From: Synechococcus sp. AG-683-A03
GTDB lineage: Bacteria; Cyanobacteriota; Cyanobacteriia; PCC-6307; Cyanobiaceae
Reading direction: 5' to 3'
Assembly: GCA_003210555.1 (NCBI GenBank)
Contig: QCUZ01000001.1
Coordinates: 1-48,095 of the forward strand
Length of the DNA stretch: 48,095 bases
Position numbers and translations under genes: made by a program. The notes beneath the pieces are model-generated. The model did not search any database. It worked only from the letters and a program-made list of their open reading frames with translations, and was not told the DNA's origin. Shown here piece after piece: positions 1 to 12,160 of the stretch. Each line of letters opens with the position of its first letter. Position 1 is the first letter of the stretch.

Positions 1-624
1 CATGCCACTGAGGACCACGGCCACAGGCCCTTTTGTAAGAACGGCCGTGGCGAGCAGAATCCAGGCGAGCCACCATCGTCGTGATGTTCCACTGGCATAA
101 CAACGCCACTGGCAGAGCAGGCTCAGGGCGAGGGTGCCGCTGAGTAAGGGATCACTGACGGCCGTCCGACTCCACAGCTGCACCAAGGGTGAGAGGGCAA
201 AAGCCAGTGATGCTGCCACCGCAGTGCGACGAGGATGACTGTCCTGGTCCGCTGGGTGCAGCATCAAGGTGTCTCCGAGCATGAGCATGGTCGCCACACT
301 CGCGAGGGCTGAGGGAAGCCTCCCAGCCCAGGTGCCGAGTGGATCCCAGAGCTCGTTGGCCGGAAGCGAGTACCCGAAACCCATGAGCCAGTACACCAGG
401 GGCGGTTTGTCGAATCGGGGTAATCCATTAACCCGAGGCGTTAACCAATCACCTGTGCGTGCCATGGCGCGACCCGCGGCGGCAAAGAGCGGTGGGGTTT
501 CATCGACCAAACCGGTGGAACCCAGTTGCCAGCAGCACATGGCAAGGCCAAGCGCCAAGATCAGTAACAGCCCTCGGCTGCGCTGTTGTGGCGTGATCCG
601 TGAGGTGGCAGGCGCGTTGATCAT
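1..624 (-). CDS. ArnT/PMT-like GT39 membrane glycosyltransferase (runs off the window edge)
   Basis: Manual translation MINAPATSRITPQQRSRGLLLILALGLAMCCWQLGSTGLVDETPPLFAAAGRAMARTGDWLTPRVNGLPRFDKPPLVYWLM has the DE..GDWLTP..NG..FDKPPL.YW signature. ATG overlaps the upstream stop (ATGA 621-624). Confidence 0.88.
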   Translation of the reverse strand, partial: MINAPATSRITPQQRSRGLLLILALGLAMCCWQLGSTGLVDETPPLFAAAGRAMARTGDWLTPRVNGLPRFDKPPLVYWLMGFGYSLPANELWDPLGTWAGRLPSALASVATMLMLGDTLMLHPADQDSHPRRTAVAASLAFALSPLVQLWSRTAVSDPLLSGTLALSLLCQWRCYASGTSRRWWLAWILLATAVLTKGPVAVVLSGM

Positions 625-1733
625 CGACATGGGGCGATCGTGCCATTGCTTGAAGAGAGGCCTTGCCTGATCCAATCCTCAACGCGTTGAGCAAACACCG
701 TGTGGCTGGCGTTCTGTTCCACCCAACGGCGGCAAGCGTTTCGATCAATTTGATCGATTTTGCTGCTGGCCATTTTTAGGCCCTCGAGATCATCGGGCGG
801 AACAAGCCATCCCGTTTTGCCGTTTTGGATGAGTTCGCCTGGACCGCCGCGGTCGTAGGCCACGACAGGAACTCCGCAAGCCATTGCCTCTACCACCACG
901 TTGCCGTAGGCCTCATTCCACTTCGGTGTGTTGAGGAGGGCGCGGCAGCAGCCAAGTTCTTCCTGAAGTTGGTTTGTCGGCTGAAACCCGCGCCAATCAA
1001 TGGTTCCTGGAGGCACGGCGGCTTCCACCGATTGTGCATAGTCAGCATCTTCAACCAAGCCCCAAACCAGAAGCGTTTCTCCTAGAGCTGCGGCAACAGC
1101 TGCAGCATCTTCCAGGCCTTTCTCAGGTGCGATGCGACCGGCCCAACCCAGTGGGCCATTGAGGTTCAACTGCAACTGGTAACGCGTGAGGTCAAAGCCA
1201 TTACCCACAATCGAAGGTGGTCTGGGCAATGAAAAATCTCCTGCCTGTCGTTGGGTATGAAATGACATTCGCCTCTGGTCCCACTGGGCGAGTTGAGAGA
1301 TGACCTCATCCATCGCGCGCGAGACAGACCCCATGCTCACGAGATGAAATAAGGAGGGTTTTGCATGGGGGGTGAGCCACAGCGGCAGCCAGTCGTAGCT
1401 GAAGTTGATCACCGCATCGGCGTTCTCGCCCAAGGACAAAGCAAGGTCCCATAGATGGGGAAGCACACCATCAAAAGGGACTTGGACGGCAGCATCTCTT
1501 TCGGCATGCTGCCAGCTGGGTTGATCGCTGCCCCCAGCGGTGTGGAGTGAGAGTTCAGGGCAGTCCGCAGGCGCAACCGAACCGTTCGGGGCGACCAGGG
1601 TGATTCGATGCCCCCTTGCGGCGAGACCTCTTAACAACGAGATCAGCGTTAGTTCCACACCACCACCACGTCCACTGCCCAAGTGTCCGATGGGTGTGCT
1701 GACCAGAATCAAATCAAGAGGAGGGGTGCTCAT
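621..1733 (-). CDS. Glycosyltransferase family 4 (GT-B)
   Basis: GGGVE N-terminal motif, GRIAPEKG, and EAYGNVVVEAMACGVPVV donor-binding motif. Confidence 0.92.
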   Translation of the reverse strand: MSTPPLDLILVSTPIGHLGSGRGGGVELTLISLLRGLAARGHRITLVAPNGSVAPADCPELSLHTAGGSDQPSWQHAERDAAVQVPFDGVLPHLWDLALSLGENADAVINFSYDWLPLWLTPHAKPSLFHLVSMGSVSRAMDEVISQLAQWDQRRMSFHTQRQAGDFSLPRPPSIVGNGFDLTRYQLQLNLNGPLGWAGRIAPEKGLEDAAAVAAALGETLLVWGLVEDADYAQSVEAAVPPGTIDWRGFQPTNQLQEELGCCRALLNTPKWNEAYGNVVVEAMACGVPVVAYDRGGPGELIQNGKTGWLVPPDDLEGLKMASSKIDQIDRNACRRWVEQNASHTVFAQRVEDWIRQGLSSSNGTIAPCR

Positions 1734-2692
1734 GCTCCGAGATCACTTCGCTGGGGTTCGTTCACGAGAGCAACAGGCTCCCAAAGTCGTTTGCGTTGAC
1801 TGACCAGTACCACCGAGAGCAGAACCAAAAGCACCGCTAACCATTGAAGGTTGTTGAGTCGTTCCTGCAACAACAGGCCCCCTGACGCGAGAGCAAAAAC
1901 TGGTGTGAGAAATCCCAGTGTGGTGAACCCTGTGAGGTCCTCACGGCTTGCAAACCAGAAAAATAGTGCGTAGGCCACGGCTCCCCCCATCAGGGATGCA
2001 TAGGCCATCTGTGTCCATGCAAAAGCGGACCAAGGGGGAATCAACGGGAATGCTCCGTCGAGACAATGCCAAATCAGCAAGGGGAGTCCCCCAAGCAACA
2101 TGTGCCATCCCGTAACGGCAACAGGATCGCTGTTTCGGCAGGCAAATCGGCTCAGAACGGTGCCGACAGCCATCGCAATGGCAGCAGCCAACATCCAGCC
2201 TGTTCCAGCTTGCCAACCTGATTGAAATGACACCCCCTCACCCAACAGCCACCAGTGCTGAAGGAGCGGTTGGGGAACTCCTAGACAGACAATTCCGACA
2301 AGGCCAAGAACCAATCCGATCCAACCGATGGGATTGATCGTTTCGGCAAAGAGCCAGCGGGCCAGCAGGGCAACCATCAAGGGCTGAGAATCAATCAGAA
2401 CGGAACCGAGACCTGCGCCAGTGCCTTCAAGTCCCCGGGCGAGACAGATCTGAAACAGCAGGGCATCAATCAGGGTGAACAGGAGGAACCAACCCCGATC
2501 CCCAGGATCAATCGCTAATGAACGCCCTAGAAGCGGAACAAAGGCGATGACGATGATTCCAGCTGGGAGCAGCCTCAAGCAGGCCACCAAAATGGGACCT
2601 CCTGTGCTGACCAGAGGAGCCATTGCTGTCATCGCCGTGCCCCAGAGGACGAACGGCAGGACCATCAGCAGCCCTCGGCGGAGCGATCCCAT
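1730..2692 (-). CDS. DMT/EamA family transporter
   Basis: About 10 hydrophobic segments in two EamA-like repeats (LWGT..., DSQPL..., LTPVFA). Confidence 0.9.
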   Translation of the reverse strand: MGSLRRGLLMVLPFVLWGTAMTAMAPLVSTGGPILVACLRLLPAGIIVIAFVPLLGRSLAIDPGDRGWFLLFTLIDALLFQICLARGLEGTGAGLGSVLIDSQPLMVALLARWLFAETINPIGWIGLVLGLVGIVCLGVPQPLLQHWWLLGEGVSFQSGWQAGTGWMLAAAIAMAVGTVLSRFACRNSDPVAVTGWHMLLGGLPLLIWHCLDGAFPLIPPWSAFAWTQMAYASLMGGAVAYALFFWFASREDLTGFTTLGFLTPVFALASGGLLLQERLNNLQWLAVLLVLLSVVLVSQRKRLWEPVALVNEPQRSDLGA

Positions 2693-2746
2693 GGGGTGAT
2701 GCGGACAGGCTCCTTTTTAAGATCTAAACGTGTTCGATTGACCGTC

Positions 2747-3559
2747 ATGATCTGGCCCTGGCGCCGCAAGTCCCGGCGAACGATGGCGAGGATCGCCATT
2801 GAGGGGGCGATCACTGGCTCCACCCGCCGTCGCGTTCTTAAAGCGCTGAAAGAGGTTCAGGAGCGAGAATTTCCTGCACTTTTGCTGCGAATTGATAGTC
2901 CAGGAGGGACTGTTGGTGACAGCCAGGAGATTCACGCTGCCTTGCTAAGGCTGCGCGAAAAAGGCTGTCACGTCGTCGCCAGCTTCGGAAATATTTCTGC
3001 ATCTGGTGGGGTTTATGTGGGTGTTGCTGCAGAAACGATCGTGTCCAATCCAGGCACGATCACCGGTTCCATCGGAGTGATCCTTCGCGGCAACAACTTG
3101 TCCAAATTGTTGGATCGTGTTGGCGTCAAATTTGAAACGGTGAAGAGCGGTGCTTTCAAGGACATCCTCTCTCCTGATCGTGCTCTTGGCGCAGAAGAAC
3201 GTGAGCTACTGCAAGCCCTAATTGACAGCAGCTATGAGCAATTTGTGGCGGCCGTTGCCGAAGGACGGAAGCTTGACCCAAGCCGCGTTCGCGAGTTTGC
3301 GGATGGCCGGGTGTTCAGCGGTGCACAGGCCAAAGATCTTGGGCTCGTCGATGAGTTGGGTGACGAAGAGCGAGCAAGAGTGCTTGCGGCACAGTTGGCA
3401 GATCTGGATGAGGAGCGCTGCCGCGTGGTGACACTTGGAAAACCCCGTAAGCCGTTGCTGCAAGGGTTGTCGGGGTCCAATTTGCTTGTACGCATTCAAG
3501 AGCTCGTCACGGTGGAAATGGAGCTCAGCGGTCAACCTTTGTGGTTGTTTCGGCCATGA
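2747..3559 (+). CDS. sppA: Signal peptide peptidase SppA (S49, short form)
   Basis: LRIDSPGGTV, SASGGVY, GSIGV, KSGAFKD, DGRVFSG..A..LGLVDELG. ATG at 2747 preferred over the track start. Confidence 0.93.
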   Translation: MIWPWRRKSRRTMARIAIEGAITGSTRRRVLKALKEVQEREFPALLLRIDSPGGTVGDSQEIHAALLRLREKGCHVVASFGNISASGGVYVGVAAETIVSNPGTITGSIGVILRGNNLSKLLDRVGVKFETVKSGAFKDILSPDRALGAEERELLQALIDSSYEQFVAAVAEGRKLDPSRVREFADGRVFSGAQAKDLGLVDELGDEERARVLAAQLADLDEERCRVVTLGKPRKPLLQGLSGSNLLVRIQELVTVEMELSGQPLWLFRP

Positions 3560-3942
3560 CCATGGGGAGCGGATTGGCCTTGCGCGGTTTGCGGGGTGCA
3601 ACCACTTGCAGCGCCAACACAATTGTTGCGATTGAGCAAGCGGTCTCCGAACTGATGGATGCCTTGGTGAAACACAACGCTCTAAAGCCGGACTGCATCG
3701 TTTCGATCACGTTTTCTGTGACGACCGATCTGGATGCGTGTTTCCCTGCTGCCGTCGCAAGGCGCCGCGAAGGTTGGGATGGGGTGGCTCTGCTCGACTG
3801 CCAGCAGATGGCCGTTGAGGGAGACCTGGCTCGGTGCATCCGTCTCCTGGCCCACACCTGGATGCCAGAAGATCAAGAGGTTCGTCACGCTTACTTGGGG
3901 GAAGCCAGCCGCCTCAGGCCAGATAGATCCAGTCACAACTGA
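3556..3942 (+). CDS. aroH: Chorismate mutase, AroH class
   Basis: RGLRGATT, FSVTTDLDACFPA, QQMAVEGDL.RCIR, HAYLGEA..LRPD. ATGA overlap with sppA. Confidence 0.93.
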   Translation: MTMGSGLALRGLRGATTCSANTIVAIEQAVSELMDALVKHNALKPDCIVSITFSVTTDLDACFPAAVARRREGWDGVALLDCQQMAVEGDLARCIRLLAHTWMPEDQEVRHAYLGEASRLRPDRSSHN

Positions 3943-4016
3943 CAGATGCCACGCCGGCCCCCCGAACCCCTTGCCTCTACCTGTCCTGAGGACAATCATG
4001 GGATCTAATCATTGCG

Positions 4017-4631
4017 GTGATTGTTTTCACCAGTGAATTAATGGACCTTCTGCCTACGACCCCGATTCGCCGCCTTGCAGTTGTTGCAGGGGTGATCGGT
4101 TGCGGAGTTGTTGCTTCTGCTTCGGTGGTGGAGATGCTCCAACCCGTTGCTGTTCAAGCTCAAAACACTCCCTCTTTGATGGAGTTTCGCTGGGAAAGCG
4201 ACAACAACTACCGCAAGTTGTACTACGTCCAAACCAGCACCCGCACTCGCGAGCGGTCGGATTATTACCTGATGCTTCGGCCTAAGGATCGCAAAACCGC
4301 GATCCTCAAGTTGAGCATCACAGTTCCTGATTACTTCAATGCCAAGATCCGCCCAAATAAATTGAAGCTCTGCAAGATGAAGAAGGGAGGCATGCTCAGC
4401 AGAAGCCGTTGCGAAGAGGTCATCCCAGCTGTGTTCGAAATCAGTGAGAACCAAACTGCAATTGAGGTTTTCCCTGAAACTCCGATTCCGACTGAAGACA
4501 CCTATGCCGTGTCCATGACGATCTTCAACCCCAATAAAGCTGGGATGTATCAGTTCAATGCTCTGGCCCAGGCACCTGGAGACGTTCCTGTGGCTGGCTA
4601 CTTGGGGAGCTGGAACTTCAGTATCGACTAA
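4017..4631 (+). CDS. DUF2808 family exported protein
   Basis: Signal-like N-terminus, C-terminal NP..GMYQFNA...PGDVP...YLGSW, and the typical position upstream of rpmH in cyanobacteria. Confidence 0.8.
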   Translation: MIVFTSELMDLLPTTPIRRLAVVAGVIGCGVVASASVVEMLQPVAVQAQNTPSLMEFRWESDNNYRKLYYVQTSTRTRERSDYYLMLRPKDRKTAILKLSITVPDYFNAKIRPNKLKLCKMKKGGMLSRSRCEEVIPAVFEISENQTAIEVFPETPIPTEDTYAVSMTIFNPNKAGMYQFNALAQAPGDVPVAGYLGSWNFSID

Positions 4632-4685
4632 GCATTGGCTGATAAGCTCTTCTACTGATGAAAGGCTGGGCGCCGGAGTGAATCC

Positions 4686-4823
4686 ATGACCAAACGAACT
4701 TTTGGTGGCACCACCCGTAAGCGCAAACGCGTTTCTGGTTTCCGTGTTCGCATGCGATCTCACACGGGCCGTCGCGTGATTCGTACGCGCCGTAAGCGTG
4801 GACGTTCACGCTTGGCTGCTTGA
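4686..4823 (+). CDS. rpmH: 50S ribosomal protein L34 (45 aa, below the ORF-track cutoff)
   Basis: [45 protein letters not shown]; synteny with rnpA-yidC. Confidence 0.97.
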   Translation: MTKRTFGGTTRKRKRVSGFRVRMRSHTGRRVIRTRRKRGRSRLAA

Positions 4824-4875
4824 CCTTAATCAGTCATGGCTAGCTCCCTTAAAGGGAACGTTTGAACGAATTTCG

Positions 4876-5265
4876 ATGGTGCTTCCGACGTCAATGCGAT
4901 TGCGCGGTCACCGCTGTTTCGATCATCTGCATCGCAGGGGTCAGTGCTTCCACGGATCGTTGATGACCTTGCGTAAGGCCTCGGCGATGCCGAGGCTTTT
5001 GCGTTGGGAATGTCGCCCAGTGGAAGGCAACGGCGAGATGGCTGTTTGTCGGTGCGCTGTCGTGATTAGCAGCAAGGTCAGCAAACGGGCTGTCATTCGT
5101 AATCGGTTGAGACGCCTGCTGCACGACCACTTACGTGAGCATTTTGAGCGGTCGTTTCAGCACTCCAGCACCTGGGTTTTGATCAGTCTTAAACCCGGTG
5201 CCGAGGCCAAAAACGCCCCTGTCCTGGAAGAATGCGACAGATTGCTCCAACAAGCGGGGTATTAG
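4876..5265 (+). CDS. rnpA: Ribonuclease P protein component
   Basis: MVLP..MRLRG start and ISSKVSKRAVIRNRLRR (RNR motif). Confidence 0.95.
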   Translation: MVLPTSMRLRGHRCFDHLHRRGQCFHGSLMTLRKASAMPRLLRWECRPVEGNGEMAVCRCAVVISSKVSKRAVIRNRLRRLLHDHLREHFERSFQHSSTWVLISLKPGAEAKNAPVLEECDRLLQQAGY

Positions 5266-5267
5266 CC

Positions 5268-5684
5268 ATGCCAACTTCCATCCAAGAAGAGACCTTCTAC
5301 GAGGGGGGTCCAGCTCGCGGTGACTTGATTTTCAATCTGTTGCTTGGGTTGACCTTGATCGGTCTGCCCTTTGCGATAGGAGCGATCGTGCGCGCGGTCT
5401 GGTTGCGTTTCAACATCACGAGTCGTCGGATCTCCGTCACTGGCGGCTGGATGGGACGGGATCGCAGTCAAGTGGCTTTCAGTCAGGTGCGTGAGGTCCG
5501 CTGTGTGTCGCGTGGGTTTGGCGCCTGGGGTGACATGGTTCTTGTCTTGACTGATGGATCACGCCTGGAACTGCGGTCGGTCCCACGGTTCCGTGAGCTC
5601 GAGGCTTTCATCGAAGAGCGCATCAGTGCCCGCCGTGAAAACGCGAGTGCGAAGGACGAGGAAAGCAAGGGCTTCGCTGCCTGA
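5268..5684 (+). CDS. Bacterial PH-domain membrane protein
   Basis: EETFYEGGP..GDL, two TM helices, then a PH-like region; conserved slot between rnpA and yidC. Confidence 0.82.
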   Translation: MPTSIQEETFYEGGPARGDLIFNLLLGLTLIGLPFAIGAIVRAVWLRFNITSRRISVTGGWMGRDRSQVAFSQVREVRCVSRGFGAWGDMVLVLTDGSRLELRSVPRFRELEAFIEERISARRENASAKDEESKGFAA

Positions 5685-5774
5685 TTTAGGTGTTCGCCTC
5701 AAGCGAATTGCCACAGAAGCCCCTGTGCTGTTGCACACTGGCAACAACATTCACCAATCACTCGGAACGCCATC

Positions 5775-6923
5775 GTGATCGGGTACATCTCCGACAATCT
5801 GCTACTGCCAATCCTGGATTTTTTCTACGGATTGGTTCCCAGCTATGGCCTGGCGATCGTGGCTCTCACGGTGGTAATTCGCCTGGCATTGTTCCCTCTC
5901 AGCGCAGGGTCGATACGCAGCGCCAGGCGCATGCGCATCGCCCAGCCTGTGATGCAGAAGCGTCAGGCGGAGATCAAGGCCCGCTACGCAAGTGATCCTC
6001 AAAAGCAGCAAGCCGAACTGGGCAAGCTGATGAAGGAGTTCGGTAGCCCTTTGGCCGGATGCTTACCGCTGCTCGTTCAGATGCCCATCCTCTTCGCGTT
6101 GTTCGCGACGTTGAGGGGATCACCCTTCGCGGATGTGCCTTACACCCTCAATCTCAAGGTGCTTCCCGCTGATCAGATCGCTGCTGTTGAACCCAAGCCT
6201 TTCACAAGCGCCAGTCATTCGATTTTCATTACCGAAACGAATCACGTTCCGATCATTGCGAGCCTTCCTGGTGGTACCAAAATCGGCGCTGGAGAGAGCG
6301 TTCCGATTCAGCTCGAGACCAGAAGCGGAGAGAGTTTCAGTGATGTGATTTCTGCTGTTGATAACGGCCAACGGTTCCTTCCAAATTGGACTGTTACCAA
6401 GGGTGAGGGCGTTGTCAGTGTGAGTGAGACGGGAACGATTACGGCCCTCACGACAGGCGACGCAACCGTTGAAGGGAAAATCACAGGATTGGCAGCTCGC
6501 AGCGGCTTCTTATTCATCAAAGCTCTCGGCCAGGTTGGCTTCTACACCGAGGGCGCGATTAATTGGGACATCGCAATTCTCATTGGCGCATTCGGCCTGA
6601 GCTTGTTTGCTTCCCAGCTTCTCTCCGGAATGGGAATGCCTGCCAATCCCCAGCAGTCCACCGCCAACAAGATCACCCCTGTGATGATTACCGGGATGTT
6701 TCTGTTCTTCCCGCTCCCTGCTGGTGTTTTGCTCTACATGGTGATCGCTAATATCTTCCAGGCACTGCAAACGTTCCTGCTCACTCGCGAAGCTCTGCCT
6801 GACAATCTTCAGTCGATTCTTGATGACCAAAGGCTGCAGAATTCTCAGCCTGCAGCTGCCTCCGCAGGTGGTGGATCCACGTCCGGACGCATGCCCTTCG
6901 AGCCGAAGGGCGGAAACAAATGA
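5775..6923 (+). CDS. yidC: Membrane protein insertase YidC/Alb3
   Basis: [41 protein letters not shown]. Confidence 0.96.
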   Translation: MIGYISDNLLLPILDFFYGLVPSYGLAIVALTVVIRLALFPLSAGSIRSARRMRIAQPVMQKRQAEIKARYASDPQKQQAELGKLMKEFGSPLAGCLPLLVQMPILFALFATLRGSPFADVPYTLNLKVLPADQIAAVEPKPFTSASHSIFITETNHVPIIASLPGGTKIGAGESVPIQLETRSGESFSDVISAVDNGQRFLPNWTVTKGEGVVSVSETGTITALTTGDATVEGKITGLAARSGFLFIKALGQVGFYTEGAINWDIAILIGAFGLSLFASQLLSGMGMPANPQQSTANKITPVMITGMFLFFPLPAGVLLYMVIANIFQALQTFLLTREALPDNLQSILDDQRLQNSQPAAASAGGGSTSGRMPFEPKGGNK

Positions 6924-7471
6924 TTCCTGGGCTCGAGCCCATTCCCCTTCGCGAGCTGCATGCTCTTGGTTCCGTTCGTGATTGGGAATTCGAAGGCCAG
7001 TTGGATGAATTGCCCTCCCTCACCCCTGTACGCGGCAGCATTCAGGCCGAGCACCGCGGCAATATTCTTCAGGTCTCTGGTTCAGCTCAAACCATCGTTT
7101 GCCTGTGCTGCGATCGCTGTCTGAAGCAGTTCAATCGCCAGCTGTCCACAGATGCAAACGAGCTCATCTGGCTAGGTGACAGTGAAGCGGGAGAGGCGAT
7201 GGCTGAAGAGGGCCTCGATGCGTCGTCAGTGGATGGACTGGTGGAGTGCCTCGATCCAAGAGGCTGCTTTGAGCCAGAGCGATGGGTGTTTGAGCAATTG
7301 AGTCTTCAAATGCCGGCTGTCAATTTCTGTGGTGATGGCTGCCCAGGAATGCCTCAGTTGGCCAATCAAGATCTCCCTTCATCGGTGCCGCCGTCTGCCG
7401 ATCCGCGTTGGAAGGCTCTCTTGAACTTGCGTTCTGATTCAGGCGAGCAGTCGGAGGTGATGAGTGACTGA
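6920..7471 (+). CDS. DUF177/YceD metal-binding protein
   Basis: CDRCL and C.DGCPG cysteine motifs; C-terminal DPRW.AL. Confidence 0.88.
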   Translation: MIPGLEPIPLRELHALGSVRDWEFEGQLDELPSLTPVRGSIQAEHRGNILQVSGSAQTIVCLCCDRCLKQFNRQLSTDANELIWLGDSEAGEAMAEEGLDASSVDGLVECLDPRGCFEPERWVFEQLSLQMPAVNFCGDGCPGMPQLANQDLPSSVPPSADPRWKALLNLRSDSGEQSEVMSD

Positions 7472-8963
7472 ACAGTGGGCACAACAACTCGATCTACTCA
7501 TTCGCGCTGGTACTCCTCTGATTTGGATCCGCAGCCATGAGGAGGAGCGCGTTGAATCTCTGTTGAGTCAAGCGGCTGAACGGTTGCAAGGGCGCCGACT
7601 GGCGTCTTGGGACTTCGTGAGTGGCCTCTCAGGCGTGCTTGGCAGCGAAGGACTCGGTGCTCGCCAGCCGATGCTGGTTCTGCAGTGGTTGCAAGATCTT
7701 GATGGCAACAGTCCCACGCTGCTTTTGCTCAAAGATGTGCATCGCTTCTGCGATGACCCGGGGATCGCTCGCATGCTGCGTAATCTCACAAGCTTGTTGC
7801 GTGGACGCCCTCACACGCTCGTGCTCGGGTGTGGCAGCTGGACGCCGCCACCCGACTTAGAAGAAGCCCTCACCCTCCTCGACTTGCCGCTTCCGCAGGA
7901 ACAGGAATTGATGACCTTGCTTGGCAATATTTCCAAGGCCACAGGATCGCCTCTCAATAGCGAGGTGCTTGAGGAGCTCACCCATGCCTGCTGCGGATTG
8001 AGTGAATCACGGGTTCGACATGTGGCGGCGAAGGCGTTGGCTCAGCGTGGTGAGCTCGGCCGCCAGGATCTTGCTGACGTGCTGGAGGAGAAGCGCCTTG
8101 CGCTGGCTCGTAGCGAAGTGCTGGAGTTCTGTCGTACAGACGCCACTCCCGCAGATATCGGAGGGCTGGAGGCTCTCAAACAATGGTTAGAGCAGCGTCA
8201 TCGTGCCTTCAGTGATGAAGCCCGGCGCTTTGGTTTGCCCCTTCCTCGTGGTGTTCTCTTGGTTGGGCCGCAGGGAACGGGGAAATCGCTCACGGCGCGA
8301 GTGATCGCCCACAGCTGGTCCATGCCACTCCTGCGTTTGGATGTGGGGCGTCTGTTTGCAGGACTGGTTGGCGCGAGCGAAGCCCGCACGCGCGAAATGA
8401 TTCAAAGGGCTGAAGCGATGGCCCCATGCGTGCTTTGGATCGATGAAATCGACAAAGGATTTGGCAGCGACGGCCGAAGCGATGGCGGCACCAGCCAAAG
8501 GGTTTTGGCCACCGTTCTGACCTGGATGGCGGAGAAAACGTCACCTGTGTTTGTTGTGGCTACAGCGAATGGAGTGGATCGGCTGCCCGCTGAGCTTTTA
8601 AGAAAGGGCCGCTTCGATGAGATTTTTCTTCTAGATATGCCAGCTCGCTCTGAACGTCGGAGCATCATGGAGCTGCACATCAGTCGCAGAAGGCCAGGTC
8701 TCCGCCTTCCGGTTGAAACGGTCGTGGACAGGACGGACGGTTACTCCGGTGCAGAGCTAGAGCAAACGGTGATCGAAGGCATGCATCTCGCCTTTGCGGA
8801 GGGACGGGAATTGGCGGAGTCCGATTTGATTCAAGCTGCGGCTCAATTGGTTCCTCTGTCGCGTACCGCTAAAGAACAATTGGAAGGGCTCAAGCAATGG
8901 GCTAGTAGCGGCCGGGCGCGCCCAGCTTCATTGCGACTGGTAACGAACCCTGACAGGGCGTAA
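7464..8963 (+). CDS. ycf46: AAA+ ATPase, Ycf46 family
   Basis: DIGGLEALKQWL, Walker A GPQGTGKS, Walker B LWIDEIDK, LRKGRFDEIF. Confidence 0.88.
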   Translation: MTEQWAQQLDLLIRAGTPLIWIRSHEEERVESLLSQAAERLQGRRLASWDFVSGLSGVLGSEGLGARQPMLVLQWLQDLDGNSPTLLLLKDVHRFCDDPGIARMLRNLTSLLRGRPHTLVLGCGSWTPPPDLEEALTLLDLPLPQEQELMTLLGNISKATGSPLNSEVLEELTHACCGLSESRVRHVAAKALAQRGELGRQDLADVLEEKRLALARSEVLEFCRTDATPADIGGLEALKQWLEQRHRAFSDEARRFGLPLPRGVLLVGPQGTGKSLTARVIAHSWSMPLLRLDVGRLFAGLVGASEARTREMIQRAEAMAPCVLWIDEIDKGFGSDGRSDGGTSQRVLATVLTWMAEKTSPVFVVATANGVDRLPAELLRKGRFDEIFLLDMPARSERRSIMELHISRRRPGLRLPVETVVDRTDGYSGAELEQTVIEGMHLAFAEGRELAESDLIQAAAQLVPLSRTAKEQLEGLKQWASSGRARPASLRLVTNPDRA

Positions 8964-9013
8964 CGAACAAGGGACTCCCTTCCAGACAAGGTTTGTAGAG
9001 GTCCGTATGTTTC

Positions 9014-9196
9014 GTGAATCGCGTGGATTTGTTCGTGAATCGTTCTTCTGATCTCACTACCCAACTCGCTGCTGCCTGTCTGGGCGCCGGTGTGATTACA
9101 ACCGTCGCGGTCGCTCAGGGGCAGAACCCAATCACCGCTTTGGGCATCACGTTGTTCTCCGCTGTTGCTGCGGTAATGGTTGGACAAGTTCTCTAA
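9014..9196 (+). CDS. Small two-TM conserved cyanobacterial membrane protein
   Basis: 60-aa ORF with two hydrophobic helices around AQGQNP; fills the ycf46-serS gap. Confidence 0.7.
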   Translation: MNRVDLFVNRSSDLTTQLAAACLGAGVITTVAVAQGQNPITALGITLFSAVAAVMVGQVL

Positions 9197-9239
9197 GAAC
9201 GTTGATTGTTCGTTCTGAACCGAGACGTAGGCTTTTTAG

Positions 9240-10538
<1,299 letters not shown>

Positions 10539-10557
10539 ACCGATTAATGGATCCGAT

Positions 10558-11640
10558 ATGAACGTTCTGGCAGCACTGTTGGTTCTAGGGCTGCTGATCG
10601 TGATCCATGAGGCCGGTCACTTTCTTGCAGCCAGATTTCAGGGCATTCGTGTGAACGGATTTTCCATTGGATTTGGACCTGCTCTTTGGAAACTCGAGCG
10701 TGGAGGCGTGACCTATGCCTTACGCGTTCTTCCTCTTGGCGGATTTGTCTCCTTCCCTGACGACGATGAAGACAGTCCAATTCCTGCAGATGATCCTGAT
10801 CTTCTTCGCAACCGCCCGATTCCACAGAGAGCCCTGGTCATTAGCGCAGGGGTGCTTGCCAATTTGCTGCTCGCCTGGGTCGTTCTCGTAGGACATACCG
10901 CAATGGCAGGACTGCCAGGCGACCCTGACCCTGGTGTGATGGTGATGGCTGTTCAGCAGGGAGAACCTGCAGAGAAGGCGGGTTTGCAGCCTGGCGATCA
11001 AATTCTGAGTATCGAGGGACTATCCCTTGGTCGTGGCGAGAAGGCCGTGAAGGAGGCTGTTACGCCAGTGAGAGACAACCCTTCCAGAGCTTTGTCCGTT
11101 GAGGTGCAGCGAAATGGATTGGTTCGAGTGATCCAGCTCACTCCGGAAGACCATCAAGGGCAGGGACGCATCGGTGCGCAGCTTCAGGCCAATTTCAGTG
11201 GATCGACTCGCCCTGTTCACGGTTTGGGTGAAGCAATCGCGAGTGGATCTGAGCAATTCGGTGGTCTTTTGCAACGCACCGTTTCCGGATATGGAGCCCT
11301 TTTCACGGACTTTGGAACGACAGCGCAGCAGGTCAGTGGTCCGGTCAAGATCGTGGAGATGGGCGCCCAGCTTTCCAGTCAGGGAGGGAGTGGTATCGCC
11401 CTGTTTATGGCTTTGATTTCTATCAACCTCGCGGTGCTCAATGCGCTTCCATTGCCGCTTCTTGATGGAGGTCAGTTGGTGTTCATTCTTTTGGAGGGAG
11501 TCCGCGGACGACCTATTCCAGAGCGCTTTCAGTTGATCGTGATGCAGTCCAGTTTTTTGCTCGTGGTTGGACTGAGTGTTCTCTTGATCGTGCGCGATAC
11601 AAGTCAACTCTCGGTTGTTCAGCGCTTGCTTGGTCAGTGA
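10558..11640 (+). CDS. rseP: RIP metalloprotease RseP (M50, PDZ)
   Basis: HEAGH, FSIGFGP, PLGGFV, PDZ region, [12 protein letters not shown]. Start taken as ATG 10558. Confidence 0.94.
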   Translation: MNVLAALLVLGLLIVIHEAGHFLAARFQGIRVNGFSIGFGPALWKLERGGVTYALRVLPLGGFVSFPDDDEDSPIPADDPDLLRNRPIPQRALVISAGVLANLLLAWVVLVGHTAMAGLPGDPDPGVMVMAVQQGEPAEKAGLQPGDQILSIEGLSLGRGEKAVKEAVTPVRDNPSRALSVEVQRNGLVRVIQLTPEDHQGQGRIGAQLQANFSGSTRPVHGLGEAIASGSEQFGGLLQRTVSGYGALFTDFGTTAQQVSGPVKIVEMGAQLSSQGGSGIALFMALISINLAVLNALPLPLLDGGQLVFILLEGVRGRPIPERFQLIVMQSSFLLVVGLSVLLIVRDTSQLSVVQRLLGQ

Positions 11641-11683
11641 ACGGATAGAGTGGCGCTTCAAGACGTCTGATCTGACTCGCTGC

Positions 11684-11986
11684 ATGGCCAAGAAGTCGAT
11701 GATTGCCCGCGATGTGAAGCGGAAAAAAATGGTCGAGCGCTTTTCCGACAGGCGCGCAGCTCTCATGGCTGCGTTCCATGCCGCTAAGGATCCAATGGAG
11801 CGCCTTGAGATTCACCGCAAAATTCAAGGTTTGCCTCGCAATAGCGCCCCAAACCGTGTTCGCAACCGTTGCTGGGCCACTGGTAAGCCCCGTGGTGTGT
11901 ACCGCGATTTTGGCCTTTGCCGCAACCAGTTACGTGAGCGTGCTCACAAGGGTGAGCTCCCTGGTGTTGTGAAGTCCAGTTGGTGA
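11684..11986 (+). CDS. rpsN: 30S ribosomal protein S14
   Basis: [10 protein letters not shown]...LPRNSAP.R.RNRC..TG.PRG...[11 protein letters not shown]. Confidence 0.98.
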   Translation: MAKKSMIARDVKRKKMVERFSDRRAALMAAFHAAKDPMERLEIHRKIQGLPRNSAPNRVRNRCWATGKPRGVYRDFGLCRNQLRERAHKGELPGVVKSSW

Positions 11987-12018
11987 TTTCGGAGCATTTT
12001 TTCCCAATCCTTTGAATG

Positions 12019-12045
12019 AAGAGGTGAGTCATCGCCTCTTTTTTT
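12019..12045 (+). terminator. Rho-independent terminator after rpsN
   Basis: AAGAGGTGA-gtca-TCGCCTCTT followed by a T-run. Confidence 0.75.
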
Positions 12046-12160
12046 ATGACGTTTTTTATGGCGATGGATCTGTTGGATTTTGTGGATCAAACCGGGTAAC
12101 CCCAACAATGGGTTCCGCTCAAATGTAAGAATCAGAATTGACAGAAAGACATAAACCAAC

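Noticed and set aside
11020-11766. 248-aa antisense ORF, and many similar shadow ORFs opposite core genes (e.g. 4038-4763, 45420-45962)
   Set aside because: They are antisense to well-supported genes, have no motifs, and are expected from codon bias in GC-rich DNA.
11684-11986. S14 lacking a full four-Cys zinc ribbon
   Set aside because: The ~100-aa form is the normal cyanobacterial S14, not a zinc-starvation paralog.
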